From: Chiloscyllium plagiosum
Lineage: Eukaryota
NCBI RefSeq assembly: GCF_004010195.1
Contig: NC_057753.1
Location: forward strand, 12,232,842 to 12,296,841
DNA: 64,000 bases
Direction: 5' to 3'
Shown: piece by piece, positions 25,215 through 38,530 of the stretch
Numbering within the stretch: position 1 is the stretch's first letter
How the letters are laid out: each line of letters opens with the position of its first letter
The notes under the pieces: generated by a model
Database searches by the model: none
What the model was told of the DNA's origin: nothing
Seen by the model: the letters and a program-made list of their open reading frames with translations, nothing else
Program-made: the position numbers and the translations under genes

Positions 25215-26885
25215 CCTGGCAAACATTTTCAAAATAGAAAATGAAAATGTTGACGAGGAAAATACAGAGATACCTGCATATAGACTAGAAGACATTGACG
25301 TTCACAAGGAAGAGGTATTAGAAATACTGCAGAGTGTGAAAATAGACAAGTCCCCCGGGCCGGATGGGATCTATCCTAGGATTCTCTGGGAAGCATTGCC
25401 GTGCCTTTGGCATTGATCTTCAAATCATCGTTGTCTGCAGGAATAGTGCCTGAGGACTGGAGGATAGCAAATGTGGTTCCCTTGTTCAAAAAGGATAGTA
25501 GAGACAACCCTGGTAATTACAGACGAGTGAGTCTCACTTCAGTTGTTGTTAAAGTGGTGGAAAAGTTTATAAGAGACAGGATTGATAACCATCTAGAAAA
25601 GAATAATCTGATCAGGGACAGTCAGCACGGTTTTGTGAAGGGTTGGTCGTGCCTAACGAATCTTCTTGAGGTTTTTGACAAAGTGACCAAACAGGTAGAT
25701 GAGAGTAAACCGGTTGATGTGGTGTATATGGATTTCAGCAAGGCGTTCGATAATGTTCCCCACAGTAGGCTATTATACAAAATGCGGACGAATGAGATTG
25801 TGGGAGACATAGCAGCTTGGATCAGTAATTGGCTTGCTGACAGAAAACAGAGGGTGTAGTTGATGAAACTTGTTTTTCTTGGTGTCCAGTTACTAGCGGC
25901 GTACCACAAGGGTTGGTGTTGGGTCCAATGCTGTTCGTCATTTTTATAAATGACCTGGATGAGGGCTTAAAAGGGTGGGTTAGTAAATTTGCGGACAACA
26001 CTAAGGTCGGTGGAGTTGTGGATAGTGACGAAGGATGTAGTAGGTTGCAGAGAGACATACGTAGGATGCAGAGCTGGGCTGAGAGCTGGCAAATGGAGTT
26101 TAATGTGGACAGATGTGAGGTGATACACATTGGTCCGAGTAATCAGAATGCAAAGTACTGGGCTAACGGTAAGATTCTTGGGAGTGCAGATGACAGAGAG
26201 ATCTCGGTGTCCATATACACAGATCCCTGAAAGTTGCCACCCAGATTGACAGGATTGTTAAGAAGGCATACAGTGTTTTAGCCTTTATTAATAGAGGGAT
26301 TGAGTTCCAGAACCAGGAGGTTATGCTGCAGCTGTACAAAACTCTGGTACGGCCACACTTGGAGTATTGTGTACATTTCTGGTCACCACATTATAAGAAG
26401 GATGTGGAAGCTTTGGAAAGGATACAAAGGAGATTTACTAGGATGTTGCCTGGCATGGAAGGAATATCTTACGAGGAAAGGCTGAGGGCCTTGAGGCTGT
26501 TCTCGTTAGAGAGAAGAAGGTTGAGAGGTGACTTAATAGAGACAAACAAGATAATCAGAGGGTTAGATAGGGTGGAGAGGGAGAGCCTTTTTCCAAGTAT
26601 TGGGACGACAAAAACGAGGGGACACAATTTTAAAGTGAGGGAAGATAGGTATAAAACAGATGTCAGAGGTAGTTTCTTTACTCAAAGAGTTGTAAGGGTA
26701 TGGAATGTTTTGCCTGCATCGGTAGTAGATTTGCCAGGTTTAAGTGCATTTAAGTCGTCATTGGCCAGGCAAATGGACGTACATGGAATAGTGTAGATGA
26801 GATGGGCTTCAGATTAATATGACAGGGCGGCGCAACATCAGGGCCGAAGGGCCTGTACTGCGCTGTAATGTTCTATGTTCTAAGT
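25215..26885 (+). mobile_element. CR1 LINE ORF2 RT domain to 3' tail, frameshifted
   Basis: PEDWRIANVVPLFKK, YMDFSKAFD, GPMLFVIFINDLD, SKFADNTK, HLEYCVHFWSP; tail taatgttctatgttct. Confidence 0.93.
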
Positions 26886-26889
26886 ATGT

Positions 26890-29450
26890 AGACCACGATC
26901 AGCAGAGGTCCCTGCATTGATCCATGTGGGGCACCACTAGTCACAAACCTCCATTCGGAAAAGTAGCCTTCCCCTACTGCCATCTGTCTCCTATTACTAA
27001 GCCAGTTCTGTGTCCATCTTGCCAGCTCACTCTGATGCCATGTGACTTCAACGTTTGACACCAGTCTGTCATGAGCGTGCGAGTGAAATACTTTACTTAC
27101 GTCCCTGTCGATAACATCAACTCATTTCTTTCATCAGTCATCTTAATTTCCTCCTCAAATAACTCAAACCAGTTAGTGAGGCTAAATCTTCCCTGCAAAA
27201 AACCGTGCTGTGCATCACTAATAGGTCCAATTGCTTTTGAATACGTACAGATCTTCTCCCTGAGAATGTTTTCCAGTAATGTCCGTACCACTGACGTGAG
27301 GCTCATAGGCGTGTAATTTCCTGGATTATCCCTGCTACCCTTCTTAAACAACGCGACATCATTAACCGTTCTGCACTACTCTGGGACTTCACCTATAGCC
27401 AAAAGGATATAAAGATGTCTGTAAATGCTCCAGCAATTTGCTTATTTGCCTCCCTCAAGTTTCTGGCTTAGATCCCATGAGAACTTGAGGACCTATCTAC
27501 CTTAATGATATTTTATGCACACAACATGTCTTCCTTTTTAATAATAACTTGAATTGGAAATTACTCTACTAATTTCTTCTCTTTCGTAAATACCGGCACA
27601 AAATGGTAGTTTCAGACCTCACCTACCTCTTCTGCTCCACATGTAGACTTACTCCTTTGTCCTTGAGTGGGCCAACCCTTTCCATGGCTACCCTCTGGCT
27701 TCTTAAAACATTCTACAAATGCCATGGATTTTCCTTTTTCCTGTTTACTAACGACTTTTCATGAGCCCTTTCAGGCCTTCTACTTCCTTGTTAAGTTCTT
27801 TTCTACTTTCCTTGTAAAGTTCAAGTGACCATCAGTTCCCATCCTGTTAGACCTGATGTATGCTTACTTTTTCATTGTGACTAAGGTCATATCATCCCTT
27901 ACATGAACGTTTCATGTAACTTTCCATGTCTCTCCTTCATTCTAGCAGGCACGTTCAACTCCTGCAATTGTATTAAGTGCCATTTGAAATACTTCCATAT
28001 ATCTGATGTGTATTTACTCATACACAGTTGCCTCCAGTCAAATTTCTCCATTTCCTGCCTAATGTTGCTGTAGTTCACCTTTCCAAAATTTAACACCTTT
28101 ACTCGAGGACTGCTGTTATCCCTATCCATGAGTATCTTAAAACTCACGGTATTATGACTAATCATCCCACAATGCTCACCTGGCCAGGCTCAATTCCCAA
28201 AACGGGATCCAAAATAACCTCTTCCCTGGTTGGACTGTTTGAATGCTGTGTCAAAAAACCTTCCTGAATGGTCTTTACAAATTCTTCCCCATACAAGCCC
28301 CAAGCACAATGCGAGTCTCAGTCAATAAAAAGTAAGTTAAAGTCAACCACCACAAAAACCTTGTAGCTTTTACTTCTTACCAAAATCATTCTACATATTG
28401 TCTCTTCTATCTCCCTCTGGCTTTTGCAACCCATATAGATGACCTCCAGCATGTGATTTCAGCTTTCTTACTGCTGAGTTCTATCTATATTGTCTCACTA
28501 AACGAGTTCTCTCATATATTGTCCTTCAATACAGCTGTCTGATTCCCCCTTACTAGTAATGCAATTCCCCCCATTCCTTTTGCCTCCCCTTCTATCACAC
28601 CTGAAGCATTTAATTCCTGGGATATTCAGATGCCCCAATCCTGTTTCGCTTTCAGTCAGGTCTCTGTAATTGCAATAATGTCACAATTCCAAGATCTAAC
28701 CAAATGCCCTAAATTCATTTATCTTGCCTATTATACTTCTCACATTGGAACATATAGATTTCTGATATCTTCCCTGCTCTTTTTAGCACAATACCCCACC
28801 TGTTGTTGTTCGTTATCATATTTGCCATGGTTTATACAACTCACTTTATTTCTCCACCTGCTGCTCTACTCCGGTTCGCATTCCCCTGCCACACTAGTTC
28901 AAACCCTCCTCAACTCGTCTAACTAAGTCGATTCCCAAGGACATCAATCCTGGACCTGCCCAGGTGCAACACTTTCAGTTTTTATGGTCCCACCTACCCC
29001 AGAAACGATCCCAATTGCCTACTAATCTGATACCCTCTCCCTCACACCATCTTTTCAGCCTAGGGTTCATCATATTTTTGTGTTGTTTTTACTCTGACTA
29101 GTTCATGGCACTGGCAGTAATCCTGATATAACTACCTTTACGTCCTACACTTCAATTTTATGCATAGTTCTTTGTATTCTATTCTTAGGATCTCATCCCT
29201 TTTTAAACCTGTGTCGTTAGTACCAACGTTTACCGTGACCACTGGCTGTTTTCCCTACTCCTCCAGAATGTCCTGCAACTGCTCTGGGACATCCAGGACG
29301 TCAGCACCAGAGAATGAACAAACCATCCTGGACTCTCGTTTGCGGCCACAAGAAAACCTATCTGTTTCCCTTACAGTTGAATCTGCGATAACTATAGCAT
29401 TTCTATGCTTCTTTCTCCCTCTGCAGCAGAGAAAACCATGGTGCCATGAA
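26890..29450 (-). mobile_element. Decayed CR1 LINE 5' portion (ORF1 SGNH esterase-like region, endonuclease, RT N-terminus)
   Basis: ~29400-29210 reads AIVIADSTVRETDRFSCGRKRESRMVC...VTVNVGTND (GDS/GTND blocks of the CR1 ORF1 esterase); further on, FKKGSRDNPGNYTPMSLTSVV. Confidence 0.85.
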
Positions 29451-29687
29451 TTTAACTCCCTCAGAATCGCCTCGTCTCATCTCTGTTTTGAATTAAGGCT
29501 CCTTATTTTTCAGCTATGACCTTTAAGTTGAGCTCCGCTCCCCTGAAAATTCCCAAGAGAAGCCTTAAAAAGATGCCTTCTCATAAATCCATCGCTTTGT
29601 AGTAGCATAGATTCGCCAGCAGGTGGTGGCATTGTGTTATTTGTGTTATTTCAACCAGAAGAGAGCAACAGTGAAAGTCGCTTTTGG

Positions 29688-30017
29688 TTAGATTAGATTA
29701 GATTAGATTACTTTACAGTGTGGAAACAGGCCCTTCGGCCCAACAAGTCCACACCGACCCTCCGAAGCGTAACCCACCCAGACCAATTCCCCTACATTTA
29801 CCCCTGCACCTAACACTACGGGCAATTTAGCATGGCCAATTCACCTGACCTGCACATTTTTGGATTGTGGGAGGAAACCGGAGCACCCGGAGGAAACCCA
29901 CGCAGACACGGGGAGAATGTGCAAACTCCAGACAGTCGGTCGCCTGAGGCGGGAATGGAACCCGGGTCTCTGGCGCTGTGAGGCAGCAGTGCTAACCACA
30001 GTGCCACCGTGCCGCCC
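29688..30017 (-). mobile_element. Full-length HE1-type tRNA-derived SINE
   Basis: 5' gggcggcacggtggcactgtggttagc with A/B boxes (B box ggttccattcc), CR1-like 3' end gggccgaagggcctgtttcc, and a (taatc)n tail. Confidence 0.9.
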
Positions 30018-30324
30018 ACTAATTCAACCTCATCCCATATTTCTCCCACTGTTTGCAGAAATGAATGCACAGACAGAAAAGCACAATGATAGACACACAT
30101 AGAAACACAACCATACACAGCCATACACAAAGGGAGAGAGACAAACAAATCGACAGACAGAACAAGAGATGCACATACAAGATCACGTAGATGGACACAC
30201 AAACAAATAGAAAAATAAAGGCACACATGCAAGCACACAGATATAATATGCACTGAGCTGCACATACACAAATACTAAGCTTAGCAAGTTAATGAGTGGG
30301 ACTTGATCATTTCAGTGCTGTATG

Positions 30325-30685
30325 ACCTTATGAGTTAGCAGTTGGGAAGGCAAATGCAGTATCAGCATTCATTTTGAGAGGGCTAGAATGCAAGAGCAGA
30401 GGTATGTTCCTGAGGCTGTATATGGCTCTGGTGAGACAACATTTTGGAATGTTGTGAACACTTTTCGGCCTCATTTCTAAGGAAAGATGTGCTGGCCTTG
30501 GACGGGGTTCAGAGGAGGCTTGCAAGAATGATCACAGGAAGAAGCGCTTGTTTTATGAGAGTTGATTGAAGCCTCTGGGTCTCTACTCGAAGGAGTTTAG
30601 AAGGAGATTGGGGAATCTGATTGAAACTTATAGAATAATGGGAAACCTGAATAGAGCGGACATGGAGAAGATATTCCCACTACTA
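30325..30685 (+). mobile_element. CR1 LINE RT C-terminal fragment
   Basis: LGLYSKEFRRRLGNLIETYRIM. Confidence 0.7.
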
Positions 30686-31245
30686 GTAACTTACTTGCTG
30701 TCTCCACAAAGCCTGTCCATCATCTACAATGCACAAGTCAGGTTTGTGATGGAATACTCCTTACGTGTCTGGGTGAGTGCAGCCCCAACAATTCTTAGGA
30801 TTCCCGACACCATCTAGGACAGATAAACCAGCTTGATTGGCACAGCATTCCCAAGTATCCATTGCTTCCAACATCGACGCTCAGTGTATATTACCTAAAA
30901 GGTGCACTGCAGAAGTTTAGATAAGGTCCTCACACAGCACCTTCCAAACTCATGACCAAATCCATCTGGAAGGAAAAGGGTCAGCTGATGAATGGGAAGA
31001 CGACCACCTTCAAGTTCCCGTCCAAGACACTCACCATCCTGACTTGAAAATATACTTTGTCGCTGTATCTGGGTCAGTATCTTGAAATTCCCTCTGTGGC
31101 ATTGTGGATCAACCCACAGCAGGTGAAGTGTAACGGTTCAAGAAGACAACTCACCACCACCTTCTCAAGGGCAACTAGGAATTGTCAATAAAGGCTGGTC
31201 AGCCAATGATGCCCACGTCTCACAAAATAAATATTAAAAAAAAAG
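30686..31245 (+). mobile_element. 3' fragment of a second non-LTR family (CR1/L2 group)
   Basis: LSPQSLSIIYNAQVRFVMEYS is homologous to 50600-50900; ends ggcaactagg...aataaa...poly-A. Confidence 0.7.
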
Positions 31246-31319
31246 AGTTCCACAATCTAAGCATGATGTCCCTCCAGTATGGCAGCATGGAATTCAGCTT
31301 ATTGAATCTCTGAAGTGCA

Positions 31320-31540
31320 TCACACGCAGATCCATTCTAACCCGGCATCTCCTATTGCTAACTTACCTGCTTTATCCATTTTTGGACTGTGGGAGGATTC
31401 AACAGCACCTATAGGATACTCATGCTGAGAGAGGGAAAATGTGCAAACTTCACGCAGGCTCTTGCTTGAGACTGAAATGGAACCCAGCTGATTGCTGCTG
31501 GGAGACAAAAGTGCTAAACACTGAGCCACCGTGCCATCAT
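31320..31540 (-). mobile_element. Degraded SINE
   Basis: ggcacggtggctcagtgtttagcac head, diverged HE1-like body. Confidence 0.65.
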
Positions 31541-32581
31541 CAGAAGCATGCATCCTGAGAATTCATGTTTCAGTAATGCACCACTCAGAAATTGTTCATT
31601 TCCTGGCAATGCAAATATCCTAGAGATCTCGCCAGGGTACTGTATAGTCACACTCACTGAAACAGTTTGTAACGTCGTCCTCTTTTAGGCTGTTTAAATC
31701 ATCATCACCATTTCCCTTCCCATTTATTTTTGTGTCATCTGTAAACATGACAGTGGTACATTCACGTAAATCAGGATTTAGTTGGTGCATTGACATGAAT
31801 CTCTGCTCTTTCACCATTCCCATTCAAATGAGCGAGACTTTACCACAGTGTGTATTCTTTCTCTTTAACACATTTGCTTAACTTGTGTGGGCGTGGCTGG
31901 GAATGCTTACATCTACCTCAAATAATGCGTGACAATGTGGCATTAGCCGTAAATTTGACACACTGCAAGGCATCTGATATAGATACAGGGGTTATGTATA
32001 CAATGTGACACAGTAAAGTTAACCAATTCCGGTTATGATGGATCTTACAATAAATCTTACAAGGAACAGCAATTTTCGATTTTGCTGCTTCATTCATTGC
32101 GAATTTTCCTTGTGGAATAGAGACTTAGTCATAGTGCAGGGCAAACATAATCTGAGATCGGTGGATGCTGTACATGAATTTGAAATGCAGAGTCTCACCT
32201 GTTCGCAGTTTTATAACGGGGGATGAAGATGCATCATTTTTTAGCCATATCCAGTGACACGCAATTCGAGCGGGAATTTGAACAATGCAATTACTTATAA
32301 ACACCAGTAGATGTCAGTGCGAATCCATGATAAATATCGAGAAAGAGGCCTGGAGGAGGAATGATCTTTCAGACTGTGTGAGCGATGTCCGTATGAGAGG
32401 CTTGTTACAGTAACATTCACTGAGACTCAGCTTCTTCTACAACTCAAACAGGGAGGCGTTCGGAGTTTAACGGGAGACGTGCATTTTTTCTAGTTACTTA
32501 CTCATATAAACGTTAGAATTAACTGCAGTTCCTCAACAAAGCGTCGTGGACAATTGTTTTCACCACAGTTCTTGCAATCTG

Positions 32582-32918
32582 ATGATGTTTCGAATTTGCA
32601 GTCTCCTCCTACTGTTTTCCAAAGTGATCTCCAAGGAGGGAATTGGAGAAGGCGAAGTGAAGAAACATCCTTTGTGGCTCGTTGTTACTGAAGTGGGAAT
32701 TGTGTCCATGAATTGCTCCTTTGCCACTTCATTTAACACAGTGCGTTGGTACAGACAGCTCCCGAATCAGCCACCCCAGCATCTGGTGAGGGCCAAAAGG
32801 GAAGATACTTCATCCGAGATAATTACCGCTTCAATCAGTGGAGACTACAAGAGCAGTATCCTGACAGTGAAAGACGCCAGACTTAATGACTCCGCCACCT
32901 ACCTCTGTGCAATGAGGG
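32582..32918 (+). CDS. TCR alpha/delta-type V gene segment, apparently single-exon leader+V
   Basis: MMFRICSLLLLFSKVISKEGIGEGEVKKHPLWLVVTEVGIVSMNC-SFATSFNTVR-WYRQLPNQPP...DSATYLCAMR has canonical Cys/Trp/Cys and is followed by a 23-RSS. Confidence 0.85.
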
Positions 32919-32957
32919 CACAGTGTCACAAAGAGAGGGTGAGGCTTTACTAAAACT
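32919..32957 (+). other. 23-RSS
   Basis: CACAGTG + 23 nt + ACTAAAACT. Confidence 0.9.
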
Positions 32958-33324
32958 TGTAGAGAGTAGGGAGTCTTGTTATGCTGAATTTGAAGGATGA
33001 GTGTTACTACTTCTGTACTCCAAAATGGGAGACAATGGAAATGAGAGAAAGTATGGAACAGCAAAATTTAAAGATTGTCAGAAGTGATGGCAATCGGATA
33101 TGGGGGTGGAGGCGAAGTAAGGATATATTTGCAAGTCAGAAACATTAATAGAGAAAAGGGACAGTAGAGAGATAAAGTCGTAATACTTTCAGAGGGCAGA
33201 ATGGTGAGAAACTGTTGAAGACGAAATGGAAGAACGTGAAAAATAACAAGCTTGTTGCACAGAGATTAAAGATCAGGTTAAATCAGAATTGTAGTAAACT
33301 TGAAGGAAATATGTTGTTAGCATC

Positions 33325-33965
33325 ACTGAACTCCCCACTTCCAAACTCCTGGGGGCTTTAATGACCAAAACCTGAACTGGATTCAACAAATTAGCACAAT
33401 GTTTACAACAGCAGGTCAGAGACTAAAAGTTCTGTGATTATTAACATATCTCCTGACTCCCCAAAGCCTGCCACTATCTACATTGCAGAAGTCAAGGGTG
33501 TGACGGGAATACTCTCTACTTTCCCGGATGAGTACAGTCTAAACAACACCCAAGGAGCTTGACACCATTCAGGACCAAGCAGCCACTTGATTGGTACTGC
33601 TTCCATATCCATCCACTCCCTGAACCACCGATGCAATGCAGACGTTTCCCAAAGCTCCTCAGACACAACATTCCAAACCGACGATCACTTCCATCAATAA
33701 TGACAATGGCCAGGCGATATGTGAGAACACCACCACTTTCAAGTTCCCTTCCAATGCAGTCACCATCCTGACTTGGATATACATTGATGTTTTTTCACTG
33801 TCGATTGGGCAGAATCCTGGAATTCCCTCCTTAATGGCATTGTAAGTCAACCCAGAGCAAGTGAGCTGCAGCGGTTCATCTCACCCTCACCTTCACAAGG
33901 ACAACTAGCGATACGCAATAAATGCTGATCGCCAGCGGCGCCAAATCCCACAAAGACATTAAAAA
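33325..33965 (+). mobile_element. 3' fragment of the second non-LTR family
   Basis: Homologous to 30686-31245 and 50540-50900. Confidence 0.7.
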
Positions 33966-33989
33966 GATCAGTCATTACGCAATCTAAAT

Positions 33990-34258
33990 ATAGCATCCTG
34001 CTGTGTGGATGCATGCCATTCGGCCCATCGAGCCTCTGATGAACATAATATCCAGACCCACTCTACCCTGCATCTCCTATGTCTAATTTACCTAATCTGC
34101 CCAACGTTTGACTGTGGCCAGAAACCATAACACCCACAGGAAACCTATTCAGACTCAGGGAGAATGTGCAAACCCCATACTGACAGCTACCTGAGGCTGA
34201 AATCGAACTTTAGTGCTATGAGACAGCAGTGGTTACCCTTAAACCACTGTGCCATCAT
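33990..34258 (-). mobile_element. Degraded SINE
   Basis: HE1-like body (gggagaatgtgcaaacc). Confidence 0.65.
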
Positions 34259-35626
34259 CTAGAGAATGTTTGATAAAAATTCATGACTTTGCTTTACCCC
34301 ACTTATAAATTGTTTATTTCCTGGTCCTGTAAATTTCCTGGAGACCTCACCAGAGTACGCTATAGTCACACCTACTGAAACAGTCTGTAGCTTGGTCTTT
34401 TATAGCCTCTTTGATCATCATCACAAATTACCTGCCCATTTATTTTTGTATCACTTGAAACCTGACAAACGTGCATTCGCTTCGGTGAGGATTTGGAAGT
34501 TGTGTTGACATGTACGTCTTGCCCTTTTACCATTCCCATTCAAATGCGGGAACTTCACCAGAAGGTATTTTTTTACTTCATAAAATGTGTTAGCCTGAGG
34601 CAATGTGGCGGTGAGCCCTGTGTTTGATGCACTGCAGTGTTCCTGATACCCAGGAACTATGTTTACGATGACACAAAGTGAAGTTAAACAAAATCAGTTA
34701 GAATGGATCATGCCAGTAAGTGCATAAGAAACATCATTCGATTCTCCTGTTACATGCATTGATAGTGTCTTAATTCGTTTGTTTCGTTCCCTCAGTATTG
34801 CAGCAGAATCACCCAGGTCCTTTCATCCTATGCATCAGTTGAAGTGGCGTTCGAATTCCCAGAGCAGCTTTGTTAACTGAGGTACAGCATTTCTGATACT
34901 CAAACAACATGAACCAATTGTATTTTCTGTATTTTGTTACAGAAATAATAATCATTATGGGACAGTATTTTGCTTAATTTCGGTCCAAAACCTTGCTTGT
35001 AGGTGAACAAGTTTACTTTGCGCCTGAAATAACTGCACAGATGCTAGATATTCCGTCGCCAAGTAACCCTTCATGTAAATATGGAGAGTACACTGACCGT
35101 GGCCATCCAGCTCGGAGTCAGTCCTTGACGTGAGGAGATTCAAAATCTGCTGTTTATACCCATGGCCCAGGGGTCCCTGACTGGCCCAAGTTTCAAAACC
35201 CAATGAGGGGCCTCACAGTCAATGGCTCTAATTGCAACAGTTGGTTCGACAAAAATAACAAAGAACAGCGGTTCCTTGAAATCCGATACAAAAACAGAAA
35301 TAACTAGAGAAACTCAGCAGGTCTGGCACCAACTGTGAAGAAAAAGCTGAGTGTACTTTTCGGGTCTACTAAACATTCTTCAGAATTTTGTTCCTTTCTC
35401 ACATCAACCATAATATGAACTGGGGCTCAAAAGAGCTTGAAGCTGAATGGCGGAATTGAGTAATAAAGGAGCCTGTAGCTCATTGGCTATCATCTGATGC
35501 CTTGAGCGAAAATGATCCAACGAGAAGAGATCCGGAACTTACTCAACCTCAAGTATCCTACTCTTGATGAAAACCATTTTAGCTTCAGCCAGTTCTGCTC
35601 ACATTCACCGAAAACTCTCTGCAAAC

Positions 35627-36413
35627 ATGTCACCTGGAGCTCTTTGTTTACTCCTCACAACTACAGGTCTTCTCACTGGTACGTTGAAAACTTGTCTACT
35701 TATGTTTGCCAGCTCTTTCCTGGGACTCACGTTTACTCGAGCAATTTGGGTGATACAGAAGCAACAATACATTCTCCCAAATAAATCCATCTAGATCTAA
35801 ACTTGCCCCAACAATGAGCAGATTTCGGGAGAAATTAATGGCAGTGGAATAGTTAGACTGGAAATTCAGGCAGGACTGAGGCCATTGAGATGATTCGACA
35901 GAACGGAGTGTTTTATATTCACCAACATATTTCAGTTTTCCTTTCACATTGTGGGAGATGAAATGGGGAATGATCTCCTCATATGAAATTGATCCCTGTC
36001 CAAATTCCCTGATTTGTTTTCTCGGGTTGTTGATGAAGGTAAACGGGCTGATTATATGAGATAAGAATGTTGAAGTGCCTCATTAAATTTCTATCATTCA
36101 TGGCTCTTACAGGACTTTGTCGTGGCGATTCTGTCTCACAAATTCCGTCTGTAATCACAATAAACGAGGGTGATGATGTCCTGTTGTTCTGTAACTACTC
36201 TACAATAAACAGCAATCCTGCTCTGTTCTGGTACCGTCAACCTTCCAACGGGTCCATGAATTTTCTGCTGCAGAAAAACCAATATAGCCAGAAAACGAGT
36301 TTTCTACGAGACAAGCTCTCCTGGGATTTTGACCATGTGAACCGCACTATGCAGCTGAAAGTTTGGAAAACAGAACTAACAGACTCTGCAGTGTATTACT
36401 GCGCACTGAGTCC
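35627..36413 (+). CDS. TCR alpha/delta-type V gene segment; leader exon 35627-35678, V exon 36113-36413
   Basis: Leader MSPGALCLLLTTTGLLT/G with GT donor; acceptor cttacag. V reads GLCRGDSVSQIPSVITINEGDDVLLFCNYS...LFWYRQ...TDSAVYYCALSP with an open frame. Confidence 0.92.
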
Positions 36414-36452
36414 CACAGAGACTCAGAACTGGGCTGACCGTGTACAAAAACT
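36414..36452 (+). other. 23-RSS
   Basis: CACAGAG + 23 nt + ACAAAAACT. Confidence 0.9.
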
Positions 36453-38530
36453 CTCAGAGCGTCGAGGCAAACAGTAAGATCAGGAGTGGATCTAATGTGG
36501 TTCCCGAATTCAAGGTGATAGCTGATACTTATCATTCGGACACAACACTTTAATTGGCTTAAATCTATTATTGAAAGGAATGCCGTCAATTTCGAGAACA
36601 GAAAACAACTAATTTATTTTGCATCCTTCATGGTGTTCCAAAATGTTTTGTTGTTACAGGAATGACGTGTGATGAAATATCCGGAAAACGTTTTGATCCA
36701 GCAAATTCTTCTAGCAAAACAGGGAATTGCAGTATCCTGTTTGAGATACAATGACCTGTCACAGGATTCTAATAATAAGACACTGGAACAACCTGCACAA
36801 CGTTGTTGCAAACTGCCATTGCACCTTTATGATAACAGCTCCAAAATGACACGTTCTCGATTCATAGGTCCAGAATAACGCAGACCTGTCGGTGTTAGGT
36901 GTTGAAACAAACTGTACTGTGCAGCATACAGATGCAACACATGAAAGATTAAAGTCGTGTAAATTGCCAACACATCGAGATATGCAAACAAAAAAGTGTT
37001 TTGTCAAAGTCCACTTCATGTACAGAACTTCCAAACATTATATCAGAACAATCGTTAATTGGTATTTCATATTATTGTCTGCACCATAACAATAAAATAA
37101 TGTGCTGTGCATGCTGAAGATCTGAAACTAAACTCAACTTGCTGGCGAAACTCAGCAGGTCTGGCAGCATCTGTTGGGAGAAAGCAGAGTTAAAATTTTG
37201 AGTCCGGTGACTCTTCATCAGAAAACTGCGTGTCCCAGTTGACTGTGATAGGAACGTAAGAATTAAGAGAAGGAATAGGTGCTTCGACGCTTTGAGTCTG
37301 CTCCGCCATATAATAAGATCATTGCTGATTTGTTTTGTGGACTCAGCTCCACTTACCCGTGCTCTCACCGATAAAAAAACATGGTATATTAAAGGAACGT
37401 GTTCATTTCACCTGTTGCATTGCATTTTCATTTTGCACGAATGTTGAAACTTCTATAAATCCTAGCCCTATTGCAGCATGAATAATATGCAAGAAACTTG
37501 GTGGACATGTTCACTTCCTAAGAATGTATGACTCACATTTAAAAAAAAATAAATTATTAGTGTGATTTAACACATATAAATAACAATGTAGATGTCCATA
37601 ATAGTTGGAATTGAGGAGCAATTGTTCGTCCTCATGATAATATTGTTTTCATTGCAGAATAAATAGCAGAGACATTAAATTTCTCTGATTGAAAATGGAC
37701 ACTTAATTTTTCCGAATTCATCACCAGATTGTGTCCTTAGTCCATTAAGAATATTCACGGAGGGAAAGGAGAGGAATAACAATCAGGACCTGGCAGGTGT
37801 GTTAATTGTCTGTAGTACAAGCAAAGCATCGTTTCTGTTTGCTTTTTAGAATACTGATCAAAACGCAATGTTGGGAAATCATGAAAATAACCTTGATTTT
37901 CTTGTGGTTAAAGGAACCAGCGTTACATTTGACTTTAGGTCCAGAATATATGTCTGCATGTCAAGGTTTGGTGTGCAGTGGCTGGGACGGGGTGGAGGCG
38001 CCGAGCTCTCTGGAGCTGCAAAAAGTAAATCTGAGCTTTAGCAGGAGAGGCATGGATTGTATGATGCAGTGAGAACATGAAAACTGTCGAGTACATTTTT
38101 GAGGATGTAATGAGCTGTTCATCGGGTCTATGTCAAAGTAAAAGGCAACGTGAGTGATTCAAATAAATAGATGCAATAGTCCTGAGACACGAGTGATGGA
38201 GAAGAAGGAAGGAAGGGCAGAATGGCGACTGAGAGGGAAGGAGGGAAGCAGCAATTTAGATGAATATCAAATGACTTAGCCGAGACCACTAGAAGTATAG
38301 GGCAGTCATCAGAGGCATAGAATACAGTTTCGTCTCACATCCATAAAAACACTTCTTCGGCTGCTTTTTATTTTCCATTTGTATTAATGACAGGCAATAT
38401 AAAGGTTGGAAAAGGTGACTGGTCATATCTCCGGTAGTGAAGCACGAAACGCACAAACATTATTTAGTTTTTAGTAGGAGAGAATATTTTACACACTGAG
38501 TCACTCTGATCGATGGAACACATGAAATAA

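Noticed and set aside
29930-30017. tRNA-like A/B boxes
   Set aside because: SINE head, not a tRNA gene.
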